Shown piece after piece: positions 1 to 9,444 of a stretch of 50,108 nucleotides of DNA. The position numbers and the translations under genes are program-made. The stretch comes from Candidatus Gottesmanbacteria bacterium UBA5942 (GTDB lineage: Bacteria > Patescibacteriota > Microgenomatia > UBA10105 > UBA927): positions 1 to 50,108 of the forward strand of contig DJCU01000021.1 of assembly GCA_002430725.1 (NCBI GenBank). The letters run 5' to 3'. Numbering within the stretch: position 1 is the first letter of the stretch; every line of letters starts with the position of its first letter. The notes below the pieces were generated by a model. It did no database searches, was not told the DNA's origin, and was given only the letters and a program-made list of their open reading frames with translations.

Positions 1-31
1 ATATAATAAAATAAGGTTTATTACATTCACT

Positions 32-673
32 ATGAATTGGCTATCCTATATTTTCCCCCTTACTATCGCGAAATTATCATCTCCGTATAATCGCTATATC
101 CGCATTAATGAAGAAAATGGAAAATATAAACTTTTGTCAAATGGCGCGCGTGAGTCGGGCGTATATATAGAAGGTTTGTGGAAATACGCATTTTCCTCAC
201 TAGGATTTCCTGGTAACAGAAAAATACACAATATTCTTGTGTTGGGAACTGCGGGGGGGACAGTCATCCATTTATTGCGCGAGTTATTCCCTCAGTCACA
301 GATAACAGGAGTGGATATCGATGAAGTGATGATCAGCGTAGGAAAAAAATATTTTGGGCTTTCCGAAGTGCAGAATTTGAAACTAATTTGTGAAGATGCC
401 AAAGTATTTGTAAAGCAATACACTGGCAATCGTTACGATCTCGTGGTTACGGATATTTTTGTGGGCCCTGATGTCCCGGATTTTGTGGTGTCTATAGATT
501 TTCAGCGAGGCGTGAAGAAAATACTAGATAAAAAAGGTGTGACGATCATAAATTATCTTCGTCAACCGGGGTATGAAAAAAAAGCGCCGAAGCTTTTTAC
601 TGTGCTTACGTCATTGTATGCGAAGGTGAGTTCAGCAGACCGCAATAACAATCGTTTTTTCCTCGCGCAGTAG
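32..673 (+). CDS. Class I SAM-dependent methyltransferase, spermidine-synthase-like
   Basis: ILVLGTAGGT motif I, VDID acidic motif, EDAKVFV and YDLVVTDIF segments. Confidence 0.75.
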   Translation: MNWLSYIFPLTIAKLSSPYNRYIRINEENGKYKLLSNGARESGVYIEGLWKYAFSSLGFPGNRKIHNILVLGTAGGTVIHLLRELFPQSQITGVDIDEVMISVGKKYFGLSEVQNLKLICEDAKVFVKQYTGNRYDLVVTDIFVGPDVPDFVVSIDFQRGVKKILDKKGVTIINYLRQPGYEKKAPKLFTVLTSLYAKVSSADRNNNRFFLAQ

Positions 674-683
674 CCATAGATTG

Positions 684-692
684 TGCTAAAAT
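684..692 (+). promoter_or_regulatory. Extended -10 promoter element (TGcTAAAAT) 6 nt before the secA ATG; probably leaderless
   Basis: TGCTAAAAT-tggata-ATG with no SD. Confidence 0.55.
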
Positions 693-698
693 TGGATA

Positions 699-3434
699 AT
701 GTTTAAGTTCCTCGGAAAACTTCTTGATAGTAATGAAAAAGAGATTGGAAGACTACGTGCACTGGTAGAGAGTATTAACGCGCTTGAGCCGGAAGCCAAG
801 AAAACGAAGGACACCGGATTTGCCAAAAAAACTGCAGAATTTAAGGAACGCCTAAAAGGCGGTCAGACGTTGGATGAGTTGTTGCCGGAGGCATACGCAT
901 TGGTTCGTGAAGCCGCTCGACGTACCATTGGAGAGCGACATTATGATGTGCAGCTTATGGCGGCTGTGGTGCTTCATCAGGGGAAAGTTGCTGAACAAAA
1001 AACAGGAGAGGGAAAAACGCTATCTGCTACTCCCGCTTTATACCTCAATGCACTTACCGGCAGAGGAGCTCACCTTGTCACTGTTAACGATTACTTGGCC
1101 AGGCGTGACGCGGGATGGATGGGGCAGATATACCATTTGTTGGGGCTATCGGTTTCAGCGATGATTAGTGAACAATCATTTTTATATGACCCTGACTATA
1201 ATGATCCCACCGCCACCGATTGGCGACTGCAACATTTAAAACCCGTAAGCCGCAAGGAAGCATACGCTGCTGATATTACCTATGGCATAAACTCTGAATT
1301 CGGATTTGATTATCTTCGGGACAACATGGTGAGTGATATGAGTCAGTTAGTACAACGGGATTATCACTTTGCCATCATAGACGAGGTAGATTCTATTCTT
1401 ATCGATGAGGCGCGGACACCACATATTATTTCTGCGCCCGCAGCAGAGGCGACGAGCAAATACTACGATTATGCAAAGCTTGTAGATAAATTAACGGGAG
1501 AGACCGATTACGTGATAGACGAAAAGCTTCGCACCGCTCATTTAACCGATCATGGCATACTCAAGGTCGAAAAAATGTTGGGCTTGGGTAATATTTATGA
1601 AACGAGTTTTGAAACCGTACATCATATTGAAGCGGCACTAAAGGCGCGAGCACTGTTTCATAAAGAAAAAGAATATATCGTCAAAGACGGTCAGGTAGTG
1701 ATCGTAGACGAGTTTACAGGGAGATTACTTACTGGTCGAAGATTTAGCGAAGGTATTCATCAGGCGATAGAAGCCAAAGAGGGGGTTGCGATACAGCAGG
1801 AGAGCAAGACGCTCGCGACTGTCAGTTTACAGAATTACTTTAGAATGTACGAAAAGCTTGCCGGTATGACGGGTACGGCATCTACTGAAGCCGAAGAGTT
1901 TAAGAAAATTTATGGTCTCGATGTCGTGGTGATGCCGACACATAAAGGGCAGGTGCGCGAAGATTTTTCGGATATGGTCTACAAGACGACCAGAGCCAAA
2001 TACACAGCAGTCATTAATGACATTATTGAGCATCATAAAAAGGGACAGCCGGTGCTCGTGGGCACTACGTCTATCGATAAAAATGATGTCATCAGTGAGG
2101 CGTTGAAGCGGAAGGGTATCCCTCATGCAGTGCTTAATGCAAAAAATCATTTGAAGGAAGCCATGATAATTTCAGAGGCGGGAAAAAAGGGCGCAGTTAC
2201 TGTCGCAACCAATATGGCAGGACGGGGAGTCGATATTATTTTGGGAGGACCAAAGAAGGAAAAATGGGAATATGACAATGAAAAAGAATGGGAAAAAGAT
2301 TTAGCAGCCTGGAAAAAAAGCCATGATGAAGTGTTGGAAGTTGGTGGATTGTATGTCATCGGTACTGAGCGACATGAGTCCCGTAGGATAGATAATCAGT
2401 TGCGCGGACGAAGCGGCAGGCAGGGAGACCCGGGGGCGAGCAGGTTTTATGTATCGCTCGAGGACGATATCATGCGGCTTTTCGGAGGTGATCAGGTATC
2501 CCGTCTTATGGATGTATTTAAGCTACCTGAAGACGTGCCACTTGAGCACCCTATGGTTTCGCGAGCGCTGGAACAGGCGCAGGTTAAAGTAGAAGGTTTT
2601 CATTTTGATAATCGGAAGCATCTCGTGGAGTATGACGATGTGTTAAATAAGCATCGAGAGATAGTTTACCGCAGGCGCCGAAAAATACTGGAAGGGGAAA
2701 GCCAAAAAGAAGCAATTTTGCAAAAGATAAACAATGAAATCGCGAATTTTGTGAATGTGTACAGTAGTGATGCAAGTAATATTGACCGCCAAAAAATTGT
2801 TTCAGAATTTGCATCCATTATCCCGTTTGATTCTGCAAGTTTAGAACAGCTCCTCAAGCAGCTCCAACAACTGCACACGACTGAAGATATTACCGAATTC
2901 CTTACCAAAATTGCAGGTGACGTATACGCACAGCGTGAGAAACAGCTTTCGGAGGAAGTGGTGCGCCAGGTGGAGCGATGGGTTAGTTTGCAAGTGATCG
3001 ATAATTTATGGATGGATCACCTTGATGCTATTGATGATTTGCGAGAAGGTATAGGGCTTCGTGGATATGGTCAGCGTGATCCGCTTATCGAATACAAAAA
3101 CGAAGCGTTTTCTATGTTTGAGCGGCTCCTTGGCGGAATTGATACGGAGATTGCTCACCGGATTTTTAAAGTGCAAGTACAGCTTTCACCCAACCAACAA
3201 GCAGGGCAATCGCCAAAACAACAAGTAGTGAATACTCCATCGATGAGCGAGTTGGAATCTCCAATAGCACAAGCTGCCAAACGAATGCAGACAAACGCGC
3301 AATCCTCTGCGGTGTCACAAGCTCCAAAAGTGTCCGCTGATGCTAAAATAGGGCGTAATGATCCGTGCCCTTGCGGTTCTGGCTTGAAATACAAAAAATG
3401 TGGGCTTATAAACGCGCCACAGCATAAAAAGTAA
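699..3434 (+). CDS. secA: Preprotein translocase ATPase SecA
   Basis: KTGEGKT Walker A, VTVNDYLARRD, DEVDSILIDEARTP, ERHESRRIDNQLRGRSGRQGDPG, C-terminal GRNDPCPCGSG. Confidence 0.99.
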   Translation: MFKFLGKLLDSNEKEIGRLRALVESINALEPEAKKTKDTGFAKKTAEFKERLKGGQTLDELLPEAYALVREAARRTIGERHYDVQLMAAVVLHQGKVAEQKTGEGKTLSATPALYLNALTGRGAHLVTVNDYLARRDAGWMGQIYHLLGLSVSAMISEQSFLYDPDYNDPTATDWRLQHLKPVSRKEAYAADITYGINSEFGFDYLRDNMVSDMSQLVQRDYHFAIIDEVDSILIDEARTPHIISAPAAEATSKYYDYAKLVDKLTGETDYVIDEKLRTAHLTDHGILKVEKMLGLGNIYETSFETVHHIEAALKARALFHKEKEYIVKDGQVVIVDEFTGRLLTGRRFSEGIHQAIEAKEGVAIQQESKTLATVSLQNYFRMYEKLAGMTGTASTEAEEFKKIYGLDVVVMPTHKGQVREDFSDMVYKTTRAKYTAVINDIIEHHKKGQPVLVGTTSIDKNDVISEALKRKGIPHAVLNAKNHLKEAMIISEAGKKGAVTVATNMAGRGVDIILGGPKKEKWEYDNEKEWEKDLAAWKKSHDEVLEVGGLYVIGTERHESRRIDNQLRGRSGRQGDPGASRFYVSLEDDIMRLFGGDQVSRLMDVFKLPEDVPLEHPMVSRALEQAQVKVEGFHFDNRKHLVEYDDVLNKHREIVYRRRRKILEGESQKEAILQKINNEIANFVNVYSSDASNIDRQKIVSEFASIIPFDSASLEQLLKQLQQLHTTEDITEFLTKIAGDVYAQREKQLSEEVVRQVERWVSLQVIDNLWMDHLDAIDDLREGIGLRGYGQRDPLIEYKNEAFSMFERLLGGIDTEIAHRIFKVQVQLSPNQQAGQSPKQQVVNTPSMSELESPIAQAAKRMQTNAQSSAVSQAPKVSADAKIGRNDPCPCGSGLKYKKCGLINAPQHKK

Positions 3435-3449
3435 AGCGGGATAGTACGT

Positions 3450-3848
3450 ATGTTTGTAAAACTATACGCAATAGCGATATCTGTATTTGTCCTCATAGAC
3501 ATGATTTGGCTAGGGTTGGTGGCCAAGAATTTTTACAGCAAACACTTAGGGTTTCTTATGGCCAAAGAAGTGAATTGGCCCGCAGCTATTATTTTTTATC
3601 TCTTGTTTATTGCCGGTTTGGTATTTTTCGTTCTTACTCCTTCTTTAGAAAAAAATTCGTGGAGCAGGGCGTTAATGACCGGCATATTTTTTGGTCTTAT
3701 CACCTATGCGACTTATGATCTTACAAATCTCGCAACGCTCAAAAACTGGCCGATGATCGTGACAGTAGTAGACCTGTTGTGGGGGATGGTGTTATCTGGG
3801 TCAGTGTCTGTTGTGAGCTTTTTTGTCGCAAAAAAATTGGGGTTATGA
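3450..3848 (+). CDS. DUF2177-family membrane protein
   Basis: D-x-IWLG, YATYDLTNLATLKNWP and DLLWG motifs; four hydrophobic segments. Confidence 0.85.
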   Translation: MFVKLYAIAISVFVLIDMIWLGLVAKNFYSKHLGFLMAKEVNWPAAIIFYLLFIAGLVFFVLTPSLEKNSWSRALMTGIFFGLITYATYDLTNLATLKNWPMIVTVVDLLWGMVLSGSVSVVSFFVAKKLGL

Positions 3849-4618
3849 ATTATTTTCTTTCATTGGCGATTGCACTTTTTGTTTACATGACCTGTTGGTA
3901 TTTAGTGGCGGTTCGCCTAAAGAGAAACGATATAGCAGACATTGCATGGGGGTTGGGTTTTGTGTTGCTATCATGGATTTCTTACGTATGGTCGCCTACC
4001 CCTACAATGGCTGGTCTCGCAGTAAGTGTACTGGTTTCTGTGTGGGGAATACGTTTAGCTTCGCATATTTATGTTCGTAATCGGAAAAAAGGTGAAGATT
4101 ATCGATATCTCGCGTGGAGAAAAGAATGGGGGAGATGGTTTTATCTGCGATCGTATGTTCAAATTTTTATGTTGCAGGGGATACTCCTATATCTTGTCGT
4201 GTTTCCGGTGCTCTACATGAATTATTACCGTACGGAGCAGGCGCTTAGCCTATTGGACATAACTGGATTTTTTGTATGGTTGTGCGGATTTATTTTTGAG
4301 TCAGTTTCAGATTGGCAACTGAAACGGTTTATAGAAAACCCGGTGAACAAGAGAAAAATTATGACGCAAGGGTTGTGGCGTTTGAGTAGACACCCAAATT
4401 ATTTTGGAGAAGTGATGCAGTGGTGGGGTATTTTCCTTTATGCAGTTGCAGTACCAAATGGTTTGGTGACAATTATCGGGCCCGTAACGATTACGGTACT
4501 TATTTTATTTGTTTCAGGAGTGCCTTTGCTGGAGCGAAAATATATGGGTCGCGCAGATTACGAAGCGTACAAAAAACAGACAAGTATATTTTTTCCTTTG
4601 CCGCCACGAGCAGCCTAA
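3845..4618 (+). CDS. DUF1295 / steroid 5-alpha-reductase-like membrane protein
   Basis: DIAWG, EDYRY, ESVSDWQL, GLWRLSRHPNYFGE, SGVPLLE; start placed at the ATG in the ATGA overlap with the upstream stop. Confidence 0.88.
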   Translation: MNYFLSLAIALFVYMTCWYLVAVRLKRNDIADIAWGLGFVLLSWISYVWSPTPTMAGLAVSVLVSVWGIRLASHIYVRNRKKGEDYRYLAWRKEWGRWFYLRSYVQIFMLQGILLYLVVFPVLYMNYYRTEQALSLLDITGFFVWLCGFIFESVSDWQLKRFIENPVNKRKIMTQGLWRLSRHPNYFGEVMQWWGIFLYAVAVPNGLVTIIGPVTITVLILFVSGVPLLERKYMGRADYEAYKKQTSIFFPLPPRAA

Positions 4619-4627
4619 ACTTCTTAG

Positions 4628-4656
4628 TGGATAACACAGTAAGTGTATATTATAAT
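4628..4656 (+). promoter_or_regulatory. Sigma70-type promoter TGGATA-N17-TATAAT, 8 nt before ATG 4665
   Basis: Consensus -10 with a 17-nt spacer to a 4/6 -35. Confidence 0.6.
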
Positions 4657-4664
4657 CGTGTGAT

Positions 4665-5768
4665 ATGAATAGTGAAACCAAACTTTTTGCGGGGATGATT
4701 CTCGCCACAGTCGTTATTATTGCGGGTGCAGTATTTGCATTTAGTAGACCCACCAATGCGCCCAAGATTGATCCCAAATTACTTATTGCTGAAGATAGCT
4801 ATAAGTTAGGTTCTCCCTCTGCTACCGTGACGCTTGTGGAGTTTGGGGATTATCAGTGTCCCGCGTGTAGCGCCTATCATACCGTAGTGAAGCAATTAAC
4901 TGAAAAATATAAAGAGTCGCTGACATTGGTATTTCGGAATTTTCCGCTTCCCTCACACCCAAATGCGCTGCCCGCAGCGAGAGCGGTCGAAGCTGCCGGA
5001 CTTCAAGGGAAATTTTGGGAAATGTATGACAAAGTGTATGAGACACAAGCAGATTGGTCAGCGGAAAAAAATGCACCGGAAATATTTGCCGGATACGCAA
5101 AAGAATTGGGACTTAATGGAGAGAAGTTTTCTAGCGACATGAAAAGTGACGAAGTGCAAAAACGCATCGATAGAGATATAAATGACGCGAATGTCTTAGG
5201 GGTAAATGCAACACCAACGTTTTATCTCAATAATGAGAAAATTCAAAATCCCGCAAGTTTTGATGATTTTGAAACTCTCATAAAAGCGGCAATACTCAAG
5301 GCTCCTCAGCCGAGTGTATCTGACGAAGGGGCATATCATATACACGCGAATATTCGCGTACTGGTAGATGGTACACCAGTCGATTTCTCCGAAAGCAAAT
5401 ATCAGTCGAAAGAGGGTCAGGAGCTTAATGAGTTTGTCCATTTTCATGACGGTATTGGAACTGTATTTCATGTCCACAAAAAGGGTATGAAGTTAAGCGA
5501 CCTGTTTGGATCAATAGGGATGAATTTTAGCGGTAAGTCGATAGCGATGTATGTTAATGGCAAGCTACAGTCATTAAATGAAGCATACGAGCCCCAAGAT
5601 TTAGATCGTATACTCGTGGTAGCTGGTGGAAGTATGTCAGATACGGCATTACAAACGCAGATAGCCGCAGTTCCTGATGATGCGTGTATATATTCTGAGA
5701 AGTGTCCGGAACGCGGAACGCCCCCGAGTGAAGAGTGTGTCGGCGGATTAGGAACAAATTGTGAATAA
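4665..5768 (+). CDS. Membrane-anchored DsbA-family thiol-disulfide oxidoreductase fused to a His/Cys-rich C-terminal domain
   Basis: N-terminal TM, EFGDYQCPAC, FRNFPL, GKFWEM, GVNATPTF (cis-Pro); extra ~150 aa with HIH, HFHD, HVH and four terminal Cys. Confidence 0.88.
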   Translation: MNSETKLFAGMILATVVIIAGAVFAFSRPTNAPKIDPKLLIAEDSYKLGSPSATVTLVEFGDYQCPACSAYHTVVKQLTEKYKESLTLVFRNFPLPSHPNALPAARAVEAAGLQGKFWEMYDKVYETQADWSAEKNAPEIFAGYAKELGLNGEKFSSDMKSDEVQKRIDRDINDANVLGVNATPTFYLNNEKIQNPASFDDFETLIKAAILKAPQPSVSDEGAYHIHANIRVLVDGTPVDFSESKYQSKEGQELNEFVHFHDGIGTVFHVHKKGMKLSDLFGSIGMNFSGKSIAMYVNGKLQSLNEAYEPQDLDRILVVAGGSMSDTALQTQIAAVPDDACIYSEKCPERGTPPSEECVGGLGTNCE

Positions 5769-5769
5769 G

Positions 5770-5806
5770 TTACTGTCGACTATTAACATTTGATAGTTAA
5801 CAGTAA
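5770..5806. terminator. Imperfect hairpin between convergent genes; possible bidirectional terminator
   Basis: TTACTGTCGACTATTAA-cat-TTGATAGTTAACAGTAA, with one mismatch and two G-U pairs on the + strand. Confidence 0.45.
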
Positions 5807-5829
5807 ATAGTTAAATGTGAATTGTTATT

Positions 5830-7029
5830 TTATTCGTACCGGAGAGCTTCAATGGGGTCGAGTCGTGCAGCGCGGATGGCGGGAGCCACGCCAAAGATAA
5901 TGCCAATGGCAGCGGAAAATCCAAATGACAACAGCACAGACCAGAGTGTCACCGAGGTCGTGACGAATTGATTGATACCCAGAGCCCCTAGTGCTCCGAG
6001 ACCTATACCAATAGCCCCACCAAACAGAGAAAGAATAACTGATTCGATCAAAAATTGCATAAGAATATCCCTCGGTGTAGCGCCAACTGCTTTTCGAAGC
6101 CCAATTTCTCGAGTGCGCTCAGTGACGGAAACAAGCATGATGTTCATAATTCCTATGCCACCCACTAACAGTGATATACCTGCGATACCACCCAAGGCTG
6201 CGGTAATAACATTTAAAAATTGAGTGATTGTTTCCAGTAGTTGTGTGGATTCAAGTACGGTAAATTCATCATCTTTTAGGCGTCTTGCTAATATGCGCTC
6301 TGCATCTTGCTGGGCTTGTGCTACATCATCTGGGCCGTTGGCCTCAACGAATATCATAAACGGTCTATCTTGATTAAACTGCCGCATAGCCGTAGTGAGT
6401 GGTATTGCAGTGAAGTCATCCGCACTTCCCATTGCTCCACCACCGCCTTTGGACTTTATGACACCTACTATTTCAAATTGAATATCATTGAGGGTTAATT
6501 TTTTTCCGACTGGGTTTACTCCTTCACCAAACAGATCGGTAGACGGTTTGTTACCGAGCACGATAACGCGGCGAGATCTTTCTACATCATTTTGGGTAAT
6601 AATTCTTCCGTATTCCGGTTCGTACTTTGCTAAATCAAAGTAGTTTTCCCACAGTCCCCAGACCTCAGTTGAGACGGTATTGCCGTCATAAGAGAATGTG
6701 CCAAATCCCTGTACCATGGGGGATGCTTGTTTGATCGCGTCACTGCCGCTTTCGAGATCTGATGCGTCAGAAATCTCGAATTTACTGGCAGACATCATCG
6801 CTCCTCTTGGCCCTTGGCTTACATCGACATCTCCTGCCATAACCATAATGGTATTTGAGCCAAGGCTGGCAAATTGTTCAGTGACATAGTTTTGCAGTCC
6901 GGTGCCAATGGATACGAGAAGGATGACGGATGATACACCGATGATGATGCCAAGCATCGTAAGGAGTGAACGCACTTTATTTGTGCGGAGCGCGTTGAAT
7001 GCAAGTTTAGTGTATTCAGCAAAGTTCAT
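5830..7029 (-). CDS. ABC transporter permease, MacB/FtsX-like family
   Basis: RSLLTMLGIIIGV, GGIGIMNIMLVSVTERTREIGLRKAVGA, PAIRAARLDPIEALRYE. Confidence 0.95.
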   Translation of the reverse strand: MNFAEYTKLAFNALRTNKVRSLLTMLGIIIGVSSVILLVSIGTGLQNYVTEQFASLGSNTIMVMAGDVDVSQGPRGAMMSASKFEISDASDLESGSDAIKQASPMVQGFGTFSYDGNTVSTEVWGLWENYFDLAKYEPEYGRIITQNDVERSRRVIVLGNKPSTDLFGEGVNPVGKKLTLNDIQFEIVGVIKSKGGGGAMGSADDFTAIPLTTAMRQFNQDRPFMIFVEANGPDDVAQAQQDAERILARRLKDDEFTVLESTQLLETITQFLNVITAALGGIAGISLLVGGIGIMNIMLVSVTERTREIGLRKAVGATPRDILMQFLIESVILSLFGGAIGIGLGALGALGINQFVTTSVTLWSVLLSFGFSAAIGIIFGVAPAIRAARLDPIEALRYE

Positions 7030-7721
7030 GTTCGTTTCGATGGTTTTCCATCGGAAATTATTTTCCCGTCAGCTATACGGACAACTCGTTTTGCATGATG
7101 TGCTACGTCTTCATCGTGGGTGACCAGTACGATAGTGCTGCCTTTGTCATGAAGATTTTGAAATATAGTCATAATATCGCGTCCTGATTTGCTGTCGAGA
7201 TTGCCTGTCGGTTCGTCTGCTAATATGATGCTGGGCTTAGTAACCAGCGCGCGCGCGATAGCTACCCGTTGTTGTTGCCCTCCCGAAAGTTGAGAAGGAA
7301 AGTTTCCCATTTTTTCAGATAGTCCGACTTCAATAAGCATAGCGCGAGCTCGCTCCTTTCGTTCTTTAGGCGAAACTTTGGCATACACGAGTGGAAGTTC
7401 GACATTTGAAATAGCGCTGGTTTTTCGGAGGAGATTAAACTGTTGAAAGACAAATCCTATATGGGTGTTTCTGATTTCTGCAAGTTCAGCATCGTCTGCG
7501 GTAAATATGTCGTGTTCTTCTATATATACTTTGCCGCTTGTCGGTCTATCTAAGCAGCCAATGATATGCATGAGTGTTGATTTGCCACTTCCCGAAGGGC
7601 CCATGATAGCGACAAATTCGCCTTTTTTGATAGAGAGCGAAACGTTATCCAGCGCCTGAAATACGACACCATCCATTTTGTACTCTTTAGAGACGTTGGA
7701 AATTCGGAGAAGTGTTGTCAT
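7026..7721 (-). CDS. ABC transporter ATP-binding protein, MacB/LolD-like
   Basis: [37 protein letters not shown]. Confidence 0.96.
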   Translation of the reverse strand: MTTLLRISNVSKEYKMDGVVFQALDNVSLSIKKGEFVAIMGPSGSGKSTLMHIIGCLDRPTSGKVYIEEHDIFTADDAELAEIRNTHIGFVFQQFNLLRKTSAISNVELPLVYAKVSPKERKERARAMLIEVGLSEKMGNFPSQLSGGQQQRVAIARALVTKPSIILADEPTGNLDSKSGRDIMTIFQNLHDKGSTIVLVTHDEDVAHHAKRVVRIADGKIISDGKPSKRT

Positions 7722-8773
7722 TTTGGGATACTCGTAAAACCCTTGGTGACCACCAAGTCGTTTTCGTTCAATCCTGATGTAATGATGACATCATCTTCGT
7801 TTTTAGCTCCTGTGGTGACGGTTACTTTTTGATATGTGTTACCCGTTTTTTTGTATACGTAGGTCGTATTCTTTTCCTCGCGTAGTGCTTCAGTGGGAAC
7901 AGTGAGTACATTGTCTTGACGTTCTGTCTCGATAGTGATGTCACCATTTAATCCAATCCGTAATTGCTGCGGATCAGAGAAAGCAATTTTGACCGGAAAT
8001 ACTGTGGCGCCACCATTTGATTGCTCTGAAACATACGATATATGGGAAATAGTGCCGGAAAATGTCGCTTCGGGAAATGCATCAAGCTTGATGGTAGCTA
8101 CTTGTCCTACACTAATGCTCCCAACATCGACCTCGTCTACATTTGCCTCAAATACTAAGCTATTTGGGTCTGCGACAGCAAATACCGAAGTTGCGGGAGT
8201 AATGTTTACTCCGGCAATAGGCGTGTCTATATGAGTAACGATGCCGGCAATCGGAGTTGTTAATGTTGCAAATTCAATTGCCAGACTTTTGAGCTCAACG
8301 TCTAATACTGCCTTATCGAGATCCCACTGATTTTTTTCAAGTATTCGTGCGACAGTGTCTTGCAGTAGATTATTCACCGTATCGGTTTTTCTAATGCCAT
8401 ACGTAATTTGACGGGCTTCTTCAAAGTCGTTTCGCTCGTTGGAGTAGTCGCGAAGTGCCTTTTCAAGATTTTTTTGTACTTCTCGTGCATCCAGGCCTGC
8501 GAGCGCTTGGTACGCGTTTACATTGTCGCCTTCTTTAACTCCCACCCATGCAAGCTTGCCGGATGTCTGAAATTTCAACTCTACTGATTTATCTGCTTGG
8601 GTTTTGCCAGAGGAGGATAGTGTTTTTACGAAATTTCTTTGGGTAACTTTTGCGGTGGTTATGGCAGCATTCGCTTTTTGGGCGGCTGCACTTTTTGACC
8701 AAAATATCAATCCGCCAACCACCAATACGATTATGAGGAGTATTTTCCAGTATCGCTTAAGTATCTCTTTCAT
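7718..8773 (-). CDS. Membrane-fusion/periplasmic adaptor subunit (MacA/HlyD-like)
   Basis: N-terminal TM after MKEILKRYWK, V-K-EGD-V and TPIAGIV lipoyl-like halves, VDEVDV; start moved from 8869 to ATG 8773, which follows a -10 box. Confidence 0.9.
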   Translation of the reverse strand: MKEILKRYWKILLIIVLVVGGLIFWSKSAAAQKANAAITTAKVTQRNFVKTLSSSGKTQADKSVELKFQTSGKLAWVGVKEGDNVNAYQALAGLDAREVQKNLEKALRDYSNERNDFEEARQITYGIRKTDTVNNLLQDTVARILEKNQWDLDKAVLDVELKSLAIEFATLTTPIAGIVTHIDTPIAGVNITPATSVFAVADPNSLVFEANVDEVDVGSISVGQVATIKLDAFPEATFSGTISHISYVSEQSNGGATVFPVKIAFSDPQQLRIGLNGDITIETERQDNVLTVPTEALREEKNTTYVYKKTGNTYQKVTVTTGAKNEDDVIITSGLNENDLVVTKGFTSIPK

Positions 8774-8779
8774 AAAAGA

Positions 8780-8788
8780 ATTATAGCA
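8780..8788 (-). promoter_or_regulatory. Extended -10 (TGcTATAAT) 6 nt before ATG 8773
   Basis: Minus strand reads TGCTATAAT-tctttt-ATG. Confidence 0.65.
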
Positions 8789-8820
8789 GCTATATGTGCC
8801 TAATTCTATCGGGTATCGTA

Positions 8821-8852
8821 CAAAAAACTCAGCCCGCTTGGGCGGGCTGAGT
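8821..8852 (-). terminator. Rho-independent terminator of hsp20
   Basis: Minus strand: CTCAGCCCGC-ccaa-GCGGGCTGAG followed by TTTTTT. Confidence 0.9.
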
Positions 8853-8881
8853 AACGCGAAAATTCTCACGTGTACGCATGG

Positions 8882-9292
8882 TTATTTTTCTTCGCGTACG
8901 GAGATTTTTTTAGGTTGGGTTTTGGGGGACTTCGCAAAAGTGACCGTCATAACGCCATTTTTGACCGCTGCTTCGGGTTCTTTGTTTGTGTCAAGATCGC
9001 CAGGTACCGCGACCCGATATGAAAATACACTTGCCGCTTTGCGATAGTATTTTTTCTCTTTTTCTTCTTCTTTTGCTTCGCCCTTTATCCAGACGATGCC
9101 TTTGTCGAATGTCACTTCGATATCTTTGGGGTCTACTCCAGGAACGGCAACCTGCACGTACACATGGGCATTATCCTCAGATAAAGAAAGACCGCTTGGC
9201 CAGTTTGTAAGCGTTCCCCAGTCTTCTTCATCTTCCCAAAGACTTGGTGTTGCTGGAAACCGCCAGAATGAGCGGGGGACTAAATCTACCAT
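8882..9292 (-). CDS. Small heat-shock protein, Hsp20/alpha-crystallin family
   Basis: VPGVDPKDIEV, FSYRVAVP, A-x-x-KNGVMTVTFAK, C-terminal I-x-V; strong SD AAAGGAGGTG. Confidence 0.93.
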   Translation of the reverse strand: MVDLVPRSFWRFPATPSLWEDEEDWGTLTNWPSGLSLSEDNAHVYVQVAVPGVDPKDIEVTFDKGIVWIKGEAKEEEKEKKYYRKAASVFSYRVAVPGDLDTNKEPEAAVKNGVMTVTFAKSPKTQPKKISVREEK

Positions 9293-9337
9293 AAATATTT
9301 CACCTCCTTTCGCGCCTCCTTGTTGTGTAAGAAGGGA

Positions 9338-9364
9338 TTAGCACTCTTATACCATGAGTGCTAA
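9338..9364. promoter_or_regulatory. CIRCE element (HrcA operator) overlapping the hsp20 promoter
   Basis: Perfect TTAGCACTC-N9-GAGTGCTAA; the minus-strand promoter TTGACA...TGGTATAAG has its -10 inside the element. Confidence 0.95.
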
Positions 9365-9407
9365 TTTCTTGTCAAGATACTTTTTGAGGTTTTTGGAGTT
9401 TTGTATC

Positions 9408-9436
9408 TTGCGTTACATTAGGCTATTCCTTACAAT
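9408..9436 (+). promoter_or_regulatory. Promoter TTGCGT-N17-TACAAT, 8 nt before ATG 9445
   Basis: -35/-10 spacing of 17 nt; no SD. Confidence 0.55.
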
Positions 9437-9444
9437 GCTTTTAT

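Noticed and set aside
8774-8869. N-terminal extension of the adaptor ORF
   Set aside because: It spans the hsp20 terminator and the gene's own promoter.
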